This document shows, piece by piece, positions 17,960-26,792 of a stretch of DNA of 64,000 bases (its first letter is position 1; each line of letters begins with the position of its first letter). Below the pieces are notes generated by a model. It worked only from the letters and a program-made list of their open reading frames with translations. It searched no databases and was not told the origin of the DNA. A program made the translations under genes and the position numbers. The DNA comes from Alphaproteobacteria bacterium (GTDB taxonomy: Bacteria > Pseudomonadota > Alphaproteobacteria > UBA6615). The stretch spans positions 2,317,773 to 2,381,772 of the forward strand of contig CBDBHH010000005.1 of assembly GCA_965205535.1 (NCBI GenBank), in the 5' to 3' direction.

Positions 17960-19315
17960 CTATGCGGCCAGCTTGATACCCTTGAGGACGCGCCGGCCGG
18001 ATTTGGCGAGTTCATCCATCTTGCCGCGCAGACCGCGATATTTGAGCTTGCCGTTCTGCTTCTGGATCTTGCCCGCGATCATGACCGTGTCCACGTTGCC
18101 GCCATGGGCGTGGAAGACCACGCTTTCGATCGGGTTGTGAACCGGGAACAGGTTCAGGTCGTTCCCATTGATCATAATGATATCGGCCTGTTTGCCGACC
18201 TTGAGTGAGCCGACTTTCCGCTCCAGGCCCATCGCCCTGGCAGCGTTGATGGTCGCCCATTCAAGCGCTTCGCGCGGTTTGATCGAAAGGCTGCCCACCA
18301 TGGCCTTGGTCTTGTGGAACGTCGCCTGATTGTCGAGCAGGCGTTGGGGCTGCATGGCCATGCGCATCACCGTGAACATATCGCCGGAGATGTTGCACTC
18401 CACATCAATGCCGATGCTCGGCTTGCCGCCCAGTGCGCGCACACGCCCGATCAACGGGTTGCCGTGCCCCATCTGGATCTCGACTTCGGGCGTGATTGTT
18501 GTCGACGCACCGCTGTCGATGACGAGCTTGAGTTCCGCGTCCGACAGGTAGTTGCCGTGAACCATGTTGTGCCGGCGGTCGAGCAAATTGAGTTTGGCGA
18601 GTTTCTTGTAGCCGTCGGGGTTCAGACGATTGGGCGCGCCCCAGACATGGGTGCTGATGATCAGGTCGAGTTCCTTGGCCAGTCGGAAATCATGCTCAAC
18701 GACGTCCCATGTAGAAAAGTCGACACCGAGTGCCGACATCGCCAGCGTGACGAGGCCGTCGTCGTCGGACAGGGCGCCTGCGCGCAATCTCTCCAGCTCG
18801 GCCCGCGGGTGCGGAATTTCGCTGAAATGTTTTGCGCCTTTTTTGGCGTCGGGTTTGGGTGAGCCGTGGCCGAACAGGGCCCGCACTCCCGCTTCCTGTA
18901 GCCCCCGAACGCCGGCATCGGAATGGGCCGGGGTCGAGTTGTTGTGGCACCAGTCGAATATTGTGGTCGCACCCAGATTGATCTGGTTCAGGGCACCAAC
19001 AAGATTGCCGAGATAGGTATCGTTCGCTGTGTAGCGCGGCGCGATCGTGGCGTGCATCTGGTGCAGATATTCAGGAATGGACCAGTTGCCTGCGACCCCA
19101 CGAATGCCGGTCTGCCAGGTGTGAAGATGGGCATTCACGAAGCCCGGCATAACGATCATGCCGGTCGCATCGATCACTTTTGCGCCCGGTGAACGGATCG
19201 ACTTGCCGATTTTCTCGATTTCGCTGCCATTGACGAGAATGTCGCCCTTGGCCAAGTCACCGGTCTTGCGGTCCATCGATATGATGGCGCCGCCCTTGAT
19301 GAGGGTCTTGGTCAT
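17960..19315 (-). CDS. amidohydrolase (cytosine deaminase/chlorohydrolase-like, HxH metal site)
   Basis: MTKTLIKGGAIISMD...GFVNAHLHTWQ... typical of amidohydrolase_1 deaminase/chlorohydrolase enzymes; RBS AAGGAA. Confidence 0.8.
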   Translation of the reverse strand: MTKTLIKGGAIISMDRKTGDLAKGDILVNGSEIEKIGKSIRSPGAKVIDATGMIVMPGFVNAHLHTWQTGIRGVAGNWSIPEYLHQMHATIAPRYTANDTYLGNLVGALNQINLGATTIFDWCHNNSTPAHSDAGVRGLQEAGVRALFGHGSPKPDAKKGAKHFSEIPHPRAELERLRAGALSDDDGLVTLAMSALGVDFSTWDVVEHDFRLAKELDLIISTHVWGAPNRLNPDGYKKLAKLNLLDRRHNMVHGNYLSDAELKLVIDSGASTTITPEVEIQMGHGNPLIGRVRALGGKPSIGIDVECNISGDMFTVMRMAMQPQRLLDNQATFHKTKAMVGSLSIKPREALEWATINAARAMGLERKVGSLKVGKQADIIMINGNDLNLFPVHNPIESVVFHAHGGNVDTVMIAGKIQKQNGKLKYRGLRGKMDELAKSGRRVLKGIKLAA

Positions 19316-19334
19316 TGGTGGGTTCCTTGAAAAT

Positions 19335-20273
19335 TTACTCGGCGGCGTCTTTCAGGCCGTCATCGACCTCGACATTCTCGGCCTTGATCTCGTAGCCGGC
19401 GGCCTTCGCCTGCATCTTGATCAGCGCGGCGAAATCGTCTTCTCCGTGGCCCGCACCAATCAGCGCCTGGACCATCTCGCGGGTCAGATTGGTGATGGGC
19501 ATCGGCACTTCCAGGTCACGCGCCTCGGCGAGGGCCAGATCGAGGTCCTTGCGCAGCATCTTCGACGTATGGGTCGCCGTGTAGTCGAGGTTTACCAGGG
19601 CCGGTGCCTTGTAATTGGTGAAGATCGACGACATGGCGCTGTTGTTGAAATAGTTCAGGAAGGCATGGCGCTCAATTCCGCCTTTCTCGCAAAGAACCGT
19701 AATTTCGGCCATGCATTGCGCGACAACGCCGAGCATGACGTTGTGCGCGAGCTTCGCGAGACGTGAGGAATCACCCTCGCCGATATATGTCTCGGCGCGC
19801 CCGAGGGCGCCGATATAAGGTCGCGCGATGTCGTAGGCCTCGCGCGGGCCGGATACCCCCAGTGTTGCCTTGCCCGCGGCCACCGCATGGCCGTTGCCGC
19901 TGATCGGCGTGGCCAGGAACATGACACCCTTGGCCTCGCATGCAGCGCGCATTTCCATCGATGTTTCAATCGAGATCGTCGAGCTGTCACTGATGATTTT
20001 CGGCAAGGCCGAACCGGACAGCACACCGTCCGGGCCTGTGATCATTTCACGGATTGCCGTGTCGTCGGTGACGATCGTGAAGACGATATCCCGGTCGGCG
20101 AGATCGGACGGCTTACCGACAACTTCGACGCCCAGTGGTTCCGCCTTGACGGCCGTGCGATTGTAGGCTTTCACATCGGCGCCCGCCGCGATCAGAAGCC
20201 CGGCCATCGGGTAGCCCATCTTGCCCGTACCGATCCAACCGACGGTATGTGACTTCAGATTGTCGCCAGACAT
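19335..20273 (-). CDS. NAD(P)-dependent dehydrogenase, 3-hydroxyisobutyrate dehydrogenase family
   Basis: VGWIGTGKMG dinucleotide fold plus HIBADH-family C-terminus; RBS GAGGGAGAG. Confidence 0.8.
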   Translation of the reverse strand: MSGDNLKSHTVGWIGTGKMGYPMAGLLIAAGADVKAYNRTAVKAEPLGVEVVGKPSDLADRDIVFTIVTDDTAIREMITGPDGVLSGSALPKIISDSSTISIETSMEMRAACEAKGVMFLATPISGNGHAVAAGKATLGVSGPREAYDIARPYIGALGRAETYIGEGDSSRLAKLAHNVMLGVVAQCMAEITVLCEKGGIERHAFLNYFNNSAMSSIFTNYKAPALVNLDYTATHTSKMLRKDLDLALAEARDLEVPMPITNLTREMVQALIGAGHGEDDFAALIKMQAKAAGYEIKAENVEVDDGLKDAAE

Positions 20274-20378
20274 TATTCTCTCTCCCTCGGGAATGCTGTT
20301 TGATTGTTAGCGTAACAGGTGCTGGGCTATACCGCGTCGACTTTCTATCGAACGGTTCGCACCGCGTACGGAATTGAG

Positions 20379-21014
20379 ATGCCAGAAGAACCCGTTAATC
20401 CACCGCCGACATCCTTCGTCGAATGGAGCGATACCGCGCGCACTGCGAACCTTCGTGAAACGCTCGCCGCAGCACCCGACGCGGATACATTGTGGGTGTT
20501 TGCGGCCGGGTCCCTGATCTGGGACCCGCGTTTCGAACCCGACGAAACCCGCATCGCCACGCTGTCGGACTATCGCCGCGCCTTCAGTTTCTGGACCATT
20601 CGCTCGCGCGGATCCTTCGAGCGCCCGGGCCTCGGCCTGGCGCTGGAGCCGGGTGGCACTTGTGAAGGCATGGTGTTTCGCGTGCCAGAGACGGGGCGCG
20701 ACGAGATTCTGGATGCCTTGTGGCGGCGCGAAATGAGCGGCGGGGTTTATGTGCCGACCTGGGCAAAGGCAGAAACCGACGCGGGCGAGGTCTGGGCGCT
20801 GGGGTTCGTCGCGAACCGGGATCATCTGAACTATGCGGGGCAATTGCCCGTCGAGACATCGGCGCGGATTATCGCTACCGCGCTCGGAACCTTCGGGACC
20901 TGCCACGAGTATCTCTCACTGCTGGTCGAGGCGCTGGACCACCACGGCCTCGAGGACCGAGAGACACGCGAGCTGCATGAACTTGTGCAGCGTGAGCTCG
21001 GCGCCGCGACGTGA
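20379..21014 (+). CDS. ChaC-like gamma-glutamylcyclotransferase
   Basis: WVFAAGSLIW motif and ChaC length; an alternative GTG start at 20319 is possible. Confidence 0.7.
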   Translation: MPEEPVNPPPTSFVEWSDTARTANLRETLAAAPDADTLWVFAAGSLIWDPRFEPDETRIATLSDYRRAFSFWTIRSRGSFERPGLGLALEPGGTCEGMVFRVPETGRDEILDALWRREMSGGVYVPTWAKAETDAGEVWALGFVANRDHLNYAGQLPVETSARIIATALGTFGTCHEYLSLLVEALDHHGLEDRETRELHELVQRELGAAT

Positions 21015-21625
21015 CCGAGCAACAGACATCGGCCGATCGCAATCGTGATGACATTTTTATGGTGTTGCGTGAGGTCGTGCCGGAAGCGGGAAGCATTCTG
21101 GAGATCGCGAGCGGTGCGGGAAAACATGCGGCTCATTTTGCCGCTGAGTTTGCCCCGCGCGTCTGGCAATCCAGCGAATATGATCCCGATCGGATCGAGA
21201 TCATGCGCGGACGGTTCTCGCGTCTCGATCTGCCAAATCTGCGCGACCCCGTTCTGTTGGACGTGAGTGCCGACTGCTGGCCTGTCGAGGTGAGCTGGTC
21301 CGACCCGCCGATACGCATGATCTACAACGTCAACATGATCCACATCGCACCCTGGTCGGCATGCCTGGGTCTTCTCGCCGGGGCGGCGCGCATTCTTCGC
21401 GCTGATGGCGTGTTGTTCATCTACGGACCGTTCAATCGCGATGGTGCGTACACATCGGAAGGTAACGCGGAATTTGACCGCTCACTGCGTGCGCAGAATG
21501 CCGAATGGGGATTGCGGGACCTGACCGAGGTGTGCGACGCGGCAGGGGCGGCGGGTCTTTCGCTGGACCGGGTCGTCGAGATGCCGGTCAACAACTTGTC
21601 TGTGGTATTTCGCGCCGCGAGATAG
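21011..21625 (+). CDS. DUF938 family protein (SAM-dependent methyltransferase-like)
   Basis: GTGA overlap with the chaC-like stop; EIASGAGKHAAHFA...IHIAPW pattern of DUF938. Confidence 0.65.
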   Translation: MTEQQTSADRNRDDIFMVLREVVPEAGSILEIASGAGKHAAHFAAEFAPRVWQSSEYDPDRIEIMRGRFSRLDLPNLRDPVLLDVSADCWPVEVSWSDPPIRMIYNVNMIHIAPWSACLGLLAGAARILRADGVLFIYGPFNRDGAYTSEGNAEFDRSLRAQNAEWGLRDLTEVCDAAGAAGLSLDRVVEMPVNNLSVVFRAAR

Positions 21626-21653
21626 AATGATAGCCCGGCTTGGGGAGGCCATG

Positions 21654-21997
21654 ATGACCGTCAAGAAACTTCAGAACGCTTACTATGTCACGGCAGACAT
21701 GGACCGTGCGATCGCGTTTTACCGCGACACGCTGGGGCTCGATCTGGCGTTTCAGGACGGTGGAAAATGGGCCCAGCTCAAGGCAACTTCGCGCTGAGTT
21801 CTGCCGAGGAGGCCCCCGAAGGTGCGGTTGGCGCGACCGTGGTGTTCGAAGTGCCCGATGCGGCGGCGGCGGGTGCCGCTATTGCAGAAGCGGGCGGTGA
21901 AATTCTCGGCGAACGGGACATGGGCGACCATGGCAAGACGCTGACCTTCCGTGACCCCGACGGCAATCTCGTGCAGCTGTTCCAGCGCGCGTCCTGA
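21654..21997 (+). pseudogene. VOC (glyoxalase/bleomycin-resistance) family gene interrupted by a 1-bp frameshift near 21785
   Basis: N-part MTVKKLQNAYYVTADMDRAIAFYRDTLGLDLAFQDGGKWAQLKA hits TGA at 21796. The C-part (NFALSSAEEAPEGAVGATVVFEVPD...DPDGNLVQLFQRAS) continues in the +1 frame (track ORF 21767..21997). Confidence 0.5.
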
Positions 21998-22034
21998 TAT
22001 CAAATTAATCAATCAAGAGTTCGAGGAGAGAGTT

Positions 22035-23021
22035 ATGGAGACCAACGCATTCCGCATCTACAAGTTTGGCGGCACCGAGGAGATGAAGTGGGAGACCGTC
22101 GAGGTCCCCAAGCCGGGGCGCGGCGAGGTCCTGTTGCGACACACCGTTGTCGGGCTCAACCTGGCCGATACCTACCGCCGGACCGGGCTCTACCCGATGC
22201 CGCTGCCAAATGGCATGGGCAACGAGGCCGTGGGCGTGGTTGAGGCGGTTGGCCCGGGCGTGCGCGCCCTGAAGGTCGGTGACCGGGTGGGCTATATCGG
22301 TGGCCAGACATTCGATGCGTATTCAAAACGTCGCGTGGCGAAGGTGTCGGGCCTGATTCCGCTGCCGAAGTTCATCAACGACCGCACCGCTGCGGCCGCC
22401 TTGCTCAAGGGAATCACCGCGCAGTATCTCCTGCGTGACGCCTACAAGGTGAAGCGGGGCGACACGATCCTCGTACACGCCGCCGCAGGCGGTGTCGGGC
22501 TCATCATGTGCCAGTGGGCCAGTGCCATCGGGGCGACGGTGATCGGTACAGTCAGCACCGCGGCAAAGGCGAAGATCGCCAAGCGCAACGGCTGCCATCA
22601 CCCCATCGTGGTCAAGCGCAAGGGGCCGAAGTTCGCCAAGAAGGTCCGCGAACTGACGGACGGCAAGGGTGTGCATTGCGTATATGACTCTGTCGGCAAG
22701 GAAACCTGGGAAGAATCCCTGGCCTCGGTTCGCCTCCGCGGCTCCGTCATCAATTTCGGCAGCGCGTCGGGTAACCCGCCGCTCACGGACATCGCTGCCA
22801 CCGGACCGATCGGCTCTCCCTATATCGCGCGCTGCGCCCTGGTGAACTACACGACCAGCCGCAAGGAAACGATGGCGCGCGCCGACGACCTGTTCAAGGC
22901 GATCAAGAAGGGCCATGTCAAAATCCGCGTGAATCAGCGCTATCCCTTGAAGGATGCCGCCAAGGCACACCGTGATATCGAGGGCCGCCGGACGACCGGA
23001 CAGACGATCCTGATTCCGTAA
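22035..23021 (+). CDS. NADPH:quinone oxidoreductase (zeta-crystallin/Qor family)
   Basis: METNAFRI... start with RBS GAGGAGAGAG; AAGGVGL NADPH motif; MDR superfamily. Confidence 0.85.
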   Translation: METNAFRIYKFGGTEEMKWETVEVPKPGRGEVLLRHTVVGLNLADTYRRTGLYPMPLPNGMGNEAVGVVEAVGPGVRALKVGDRVGYIGGQTFDAYSKRRVAKVSGLIPLPKFINDRTAAAALLKGITAQYLLRDAYKVKRGDTILVHAAAGGVGLIMCQWASAIGATVIGTVSTAAKAKIAKRNGCHHPIVVKRKGPKFAKKVRELTDGKGVHCVYDSVGKETWEESLASVRLRGSVINFGSASGNPPLTDIAATGPIGSPYIARCALVNYTTSRKETMARADDLFKAIKKGHVKIRVNQRYPLKDAAKAHRDIEGRRTTGQTILIP

Positions 23022-23045
23022 CCCAAAGCACGTGAAGGACGCGAG

Positions 23046-23924
23046 ATGACCTGGACAGACAAGAAGTTTGCCGACGTCAACGGCCGCCGTATGGCCTATG
23101 TGGAAACCGGCGACCTCGATGGCGATCCCATCCTGTTTCTGCACGGCAATCCCACGTCCAGCTATCTCTGGCGTAACATCATCCCCTATGCCGAGGGCCT
23201 CGGGCGCTGTCTTGCGCCCGACCTCATCGGCATGGGGGATTCCGAGAAACTTCCCGATAGCGGGCCGGACCGGTACCGCTTCGTCGAGCATCGCGAATAT
23301 CTCGACGCGCTGCTCGACCAGCTTGGCGTGAACGCCAATGTCACCCTGGTGATTCACGACTGGGGGAGCGGGCTCGGATTCGACTGGGCAAACCGCAATC
23401 GTGATGCGGTTAAGGGCATCGCGTACATGGAAGCCATGGTCAAACCGCGCAGTTGGGAGGATTTCCCGGAGCGTGCGCGGCCAGCCTTCCAGGCGATGCG
23501 TTCGCCCAAAGGCGACGAGATGGTGCTCGAGAACAACTTCTTCGTCGAGACGATGTTGCCGGGGTCGATCCTGCGGGACCTGACCCAGACGGAGCATGAC
23601 GAGTATCGCCGGCCATTCACCGAGCCCGGCGAGGCCCGTCGTCCTACCCTGACCTGGCCGCGCCAGCTTCCCATTGATGGCGAGCCGGCCGATGTCACGC
23701 AGATCATGGAAGACTATGCCGAATGGCTTTCGACGTCCGAGGTACCGAAACTGTTCGTAGACGCCAGTCCCGGTGCGATTCTCAGTGATGGTCCGAGCCG
23801 GGATTTCTGTCGAACATGGCCGAACCAGACCGAGGTCCAGGTCAAGGGATCTCATTTCATCCAGGAAGATTCACCCGACGAGATCGGCCAGGCGCTTGCC
23901 GATTGGCTGAAGGCTATCGGCTAG
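23046..23924 (+). CDS. dhaA: haloalkane dehalogenase, HLD-II (DhaA/LinB-like)
   Basis: LHGNPTSSYLWRNIIP, DLIGMGDS, IHDWGSGLGF, IAYMEAM and a C-terminal HFIQED-like His region match DhaA/LinB almost motif-for-motif; 292 aa. Confidence 0.9.
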   Translation: MTWTDKKFADVNGRRMAYVETGDLDGDPILFLHGNPTSSYLWRNIIPYAEGLGRCLAPDLIGMGDSEKLPDSGPDRYRFVEHREYLDALLDQLGVNANVTLVIHDWGSGLGFDWANRNRDAVKGIAYMEAMVKPRSWEDFPERARPAFQAMRSPKGDEMVLENNFFVETMLPGSILRDLTQTEHDEYRRPFTEPGEARRPTLTWPRQLPIDGEPADVTQIMEDYAEWLSTSEVPKLFVDASPGAILSDGPSRDFCRTWPNQTEVQVKGSHFIQEDSPDEIGQALADWLKAIG

Positions 23925-23933
23925 GCTCGCGCG

Positions 23934-24679
23934 ATGGAGTTTGACCTTGCCGGACTGGCGCTCGTGGCCGCCGTGTTCGGCGCTGCGGGAATTGTGAAGG
24001 GCGTCATCGGGTTTGGACTGCCGACCATCTCGATGGGCGTTCTCGGTGCCCTGATCGCACCGGATGTTGCCGCCGCGATCCTGATCATCCCGACATTCCT
24101 GACCAATGTCTGGCAGTCCTTCGCGGGCCGCATGTGAAAGCGGTTCTGCGGCGTTTCTGGCCGATGCTTGCGGGCGTCTTCATCGGCACGCTGGCGACCG
24201 CCGGTGTGATCACGGGCGCCGACCCGCGCATCGCCGTGCCGCTGATCGGCACGATGCTTGTCACTTATGCCGTGTTCGGGCTGTCGAGGCCGCGTTTTCG
24301 CGTTCCGCGGAAGGCCGAGATTGCCGCCAGTCCGGTCGCGGGGTTGACGACAGGCCTGATTAACGGTGCGACGGCGATCTTCGTTCTGCCGGGCGCCCCC
24401 TATATGCAGGCGCTGGACCTCGAAAAGGGCGAGCTCATTCAGGCGCTGGGGTTCGTCGGCCTGGTGGCGCCGCTGGCCCTGGCCCTTGGTTTCGGGCTGA
24501 ACCGGCCGTTCGAGCTCGAATTGTGGCCGGCCGTCCTTGTCGCCCTGGTTGCCGCCATCGCGGGGATGACCATCGGGCAACGCGTACGCGGCCGGCTCTC
24601 CCTCGCGGTCTTTCAGCGGTGGGTGCTGATCGGACTGGGCGCGCTTGGCGCTTCGATGATCGCGCGCGTGCTGGTCTGA
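23934..24679 (+). pseudogene. TauE/SafE (DUF81) sulfite-exporter family membrane protein, apparently frameshifted at ~24125
   Basis: N-part (67 aa) ends ...SFAGRM*. The remainder continues in another frame from GPHVKAVLRRF (track ORF 24134..24679). A single missing base in gcgggccg would restore one ~248-aa protein. Confidence 0.5.
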
Positions 24680-24682
24680 CAG

Positions 24683-24721
24683 CGCTTAGGTCGCCGCCTG
24701 CCAGTCGTTGCGCACAAGACG
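24683..24721. repeat. direct repeat copy A: decayed duplicate of the gloB 3' end
   Basis: tcgccgcctgccagtcgttgcgcacaagacg versus copy B tcgccgcctaccaatcgttgcgcaagaggcg (26/31 identical in the core, ~45 bp with flanks). Confidence 0.6.
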
Positions 24722-24740
24722 TAGACCGCGCACCTGCCCG

Positions 24741-26660
24741 TCAATCGGCGCGCAGGGTCTCGAGGATAACCTTGGTCAGCTTTTCGGACATGTTCGGCCA
24801 GAGATGGGAATGATCGAGCGTGTAGAGTTGCTCGCCGTCATGCGCCTGACACTTTCCGTCTTTGCAGAACACGTCGATCGCGGAGACGAACTCAACACCT
24901 TCGTCGCGCGCCAGTTTTGCGAGATTCTTGTCCAGTGGACCACGCGGCCCCTGACCAAGTGTCACATACTCCGGGTATGATTTTGTCTTGGCGAATTCTT
25001 CCTGAAGCAGCTCAAGTGGCTTCTTGCCCCACATCGGGCTCGGCCCGATCACCAGAATTTTGCTGTCGACGTTTTCCTTTATCCTTTTGATCGTATCTTT
25101 CAGTTCGTCCAGCTCAGACAATGTGCCGGCGGCAATCACGATGTAGTCGGGTTCCGTGCTCACGAGGTCTTCGAAAATCTCGTCGTTCACGACCGCGCAT
25201 CTGGCACCCAACTTGCCATTCTGTGTGCCAGTGAAATTCAGCAGAGGCTGGCACCCCGATATTGATCGGCTGATGATCGGCGTTCTAGGTGGAAGCAGGC
25301 GCGTGAAGCCCGTGTAGAGATGCCAGACATGGCTATCTCCCCAGAGAAAATAGGATTCCTTATCGAAATCGAACGCGGTCTCGTCAGCCCTGCAATTGTC
25401 AAAGAGATTGTCCTTCATCACCATATCGGGCGATCGATGGCCACAAATAGGCTGACCGTGACTGCGATATTCGTTAGGTGACGTCGCGGCGGTGTTCTTG
25501 ACAATTGTTTCGAACGGGAACCGGCCCGGGAGACCATTCGAGATATAGAAGTGGCTGTATGCGGCGAGTAAGGCCAGAAAGACTGGCGCTGACAAGATCA
25601 CAAATCGCTTTGTTGAAACGCGACGACGATTTCGCATTGGTCGTTCAATTGCGTAGAACGTCACCGTCGCCCCGAACAGCGATATTCCCACGCCCGCAAG
25701 CATGTCAGTATTTGACGGGATGTCGACATAGGTTCGGACGAATGCGAACACAGTGAAATGCCATAGATAAAGGCTGTAGGAGATCAAGCCGATCCATACG
25801 AGCGGCCGCATCGACAAGATTCTGGTCGAGAGGCCGTCAGTATTCGAAAACCAGATGACCAACATGGTTCCGAGGACGGGCGCCAGGGTGAGAAACGACG
25901 GGTGGCTGGTGTTCTCGTCGAAAAATGCGATCGATCCGAAAATCAAAAGAAATCCAACGATCGGCATTGCAAGATTGAGGGAGCGGCTACTGGCCCGTCC
26001 CTTTCTCAGTTCGATCCGCGCGAGAATCGCTCCCCCCATCAACTCCCAGATTCGCGTGGGCAGAAGATAGAACGCAGCGTCGGGGTCTACATCGCTTTCA
26101 AACTGCGAGAACAGCAAAGAGAGCAGGAAAACAACGGCAAGCGCGCCAGTGATATACTTTCCGGCAAACCTCCACATCGCGATGAGAAAGATCGGATAAA
26201 GCAGATAGAACTGCTCTTCGACGGCCAGCGACCAGGTGTGCAGAAACGGCTTGAGTTGGCTCGCCACCGCCAGGTAGCTGTTTTCTTGCCAGAACCAGAT
26301 ATTCGAGCTGAAGAACAGCGCTGCCAGCGCTGATCCGGCGTACTGCTTCATTTCGTAGGGGAAGAGAAGCAGCCATGCGGCGGGAATCGAAATCACCATC
26401 ACGGTGAACAGTGATGGGAGAAGGCGCCGCGCGCGCCTTAGATAAAAGTCCTTGATGGAGAATTGGTCGGCACCGAGGTCTTTCATTATCAACGAGGTAA
26501 TCAGGTAACCCGAGATAACGAAAAAGACGTCGACCCCCAAAAAGCCGCCGCGGAGAAATTTGTCACCGCTCGAGAAAACAAAATCGGCATGGAAAAGAAC
26601 GATCGAAATCACTGCGATCGCGCGCAAGCCGTCAATTTCTGGGCGATATCTCAACGACAT
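24741..26660 (-). CDS. acyltransferase family 3 (OafA/YrhL-like) with C-terminal SGNH hydrolase domain
   Basis: MSLRYRPEIDGLRAIAVISIVLFHAD... with ~10 TM helices and a C-terminal GDSH-type domain; lower GC than neighbours. Confidence 0.85.
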   Translation of the reverse strand: MSLRYRPEIDGLRAIAVISIVLFHADFVFSSGDKFLRGGFLGVDVFFVISGYLITSLIMKDLGADQFSIKDFYLRRARRLLPSLFTVMVISIPAAWLLLFPYEMKQYAGSALAALFFSSNIWFWQENSYLAVASQLKPFLHTWSLAVEEQFYLLYPIFLIAMWRFAGKYITGALAVVFLLSLLFSQFESDVDPDAAFYLLPTRIWELMGGAILARIELRKGRASSRSLNLAMPIVGFLLIFGSIAFFDENTSHPSFLTLAPVLGTMLVIWFSNTDGLSTRILSMRPLVWIGLISYSLYLWHFTVFAFVRTYVDIPSNTDMLAGVGISLFGATVTFYAIERPMRNRRRVSTKRFVILSAPVFLALLAAYSHFYISNGLPGRFPFETIVKNTAATSPNEYRSHGQPICGHRSPDMVMKDNLFDNCRADETAFDFDKESYFLWGDSHVWHLYTGFTRLLPPRTPIISRSISGCQPLLNFTGTQNGKLGARCAVVNDEIFEDLVSTEPDYIVIAAGTLSELDELKDTIKRIKENVDSKILVIGPSPMWGKKPLELLQEEFAKTKSYPEYVTLGQGPRGPLDKNLAKLARDEGVEFVSAIDVFCKDGKCQAHDGEQLYTLDHSHLWPNMSEKLTKVILETLRAD

Positions 26661-26752
26661 TCAGAACAGCAATCTCAAAAACCCACCAATCGCACACCCC
26701 GCAAGCCTATCCCGCTGACGTGTGTCGGGGCCAATCACCAAACCAAGCGGCT

Positions 26753-26792
26753 GCGCGCAGATCGCCGCCTACCAATCGTTGCGCAAGAGGCG
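26753..26792. repeat. direct repeat copy B: authentic 3' end of gloB (encodes ...SLRLLRNDW*)
   Basis: See copy A; the two copies sit 2070 bp apart and bracket the acyltransferase gene. Confidence 0.6.

Noticed and set aside
22323-23855. 510-aa minus-strand ORF spanning the quinone reductase and dhaA-like genes.
   Set aside because: Both plus-strand genes have strong family motifs. The minus-strand product is Arg/Gly/Ala-rich shadow sequence.
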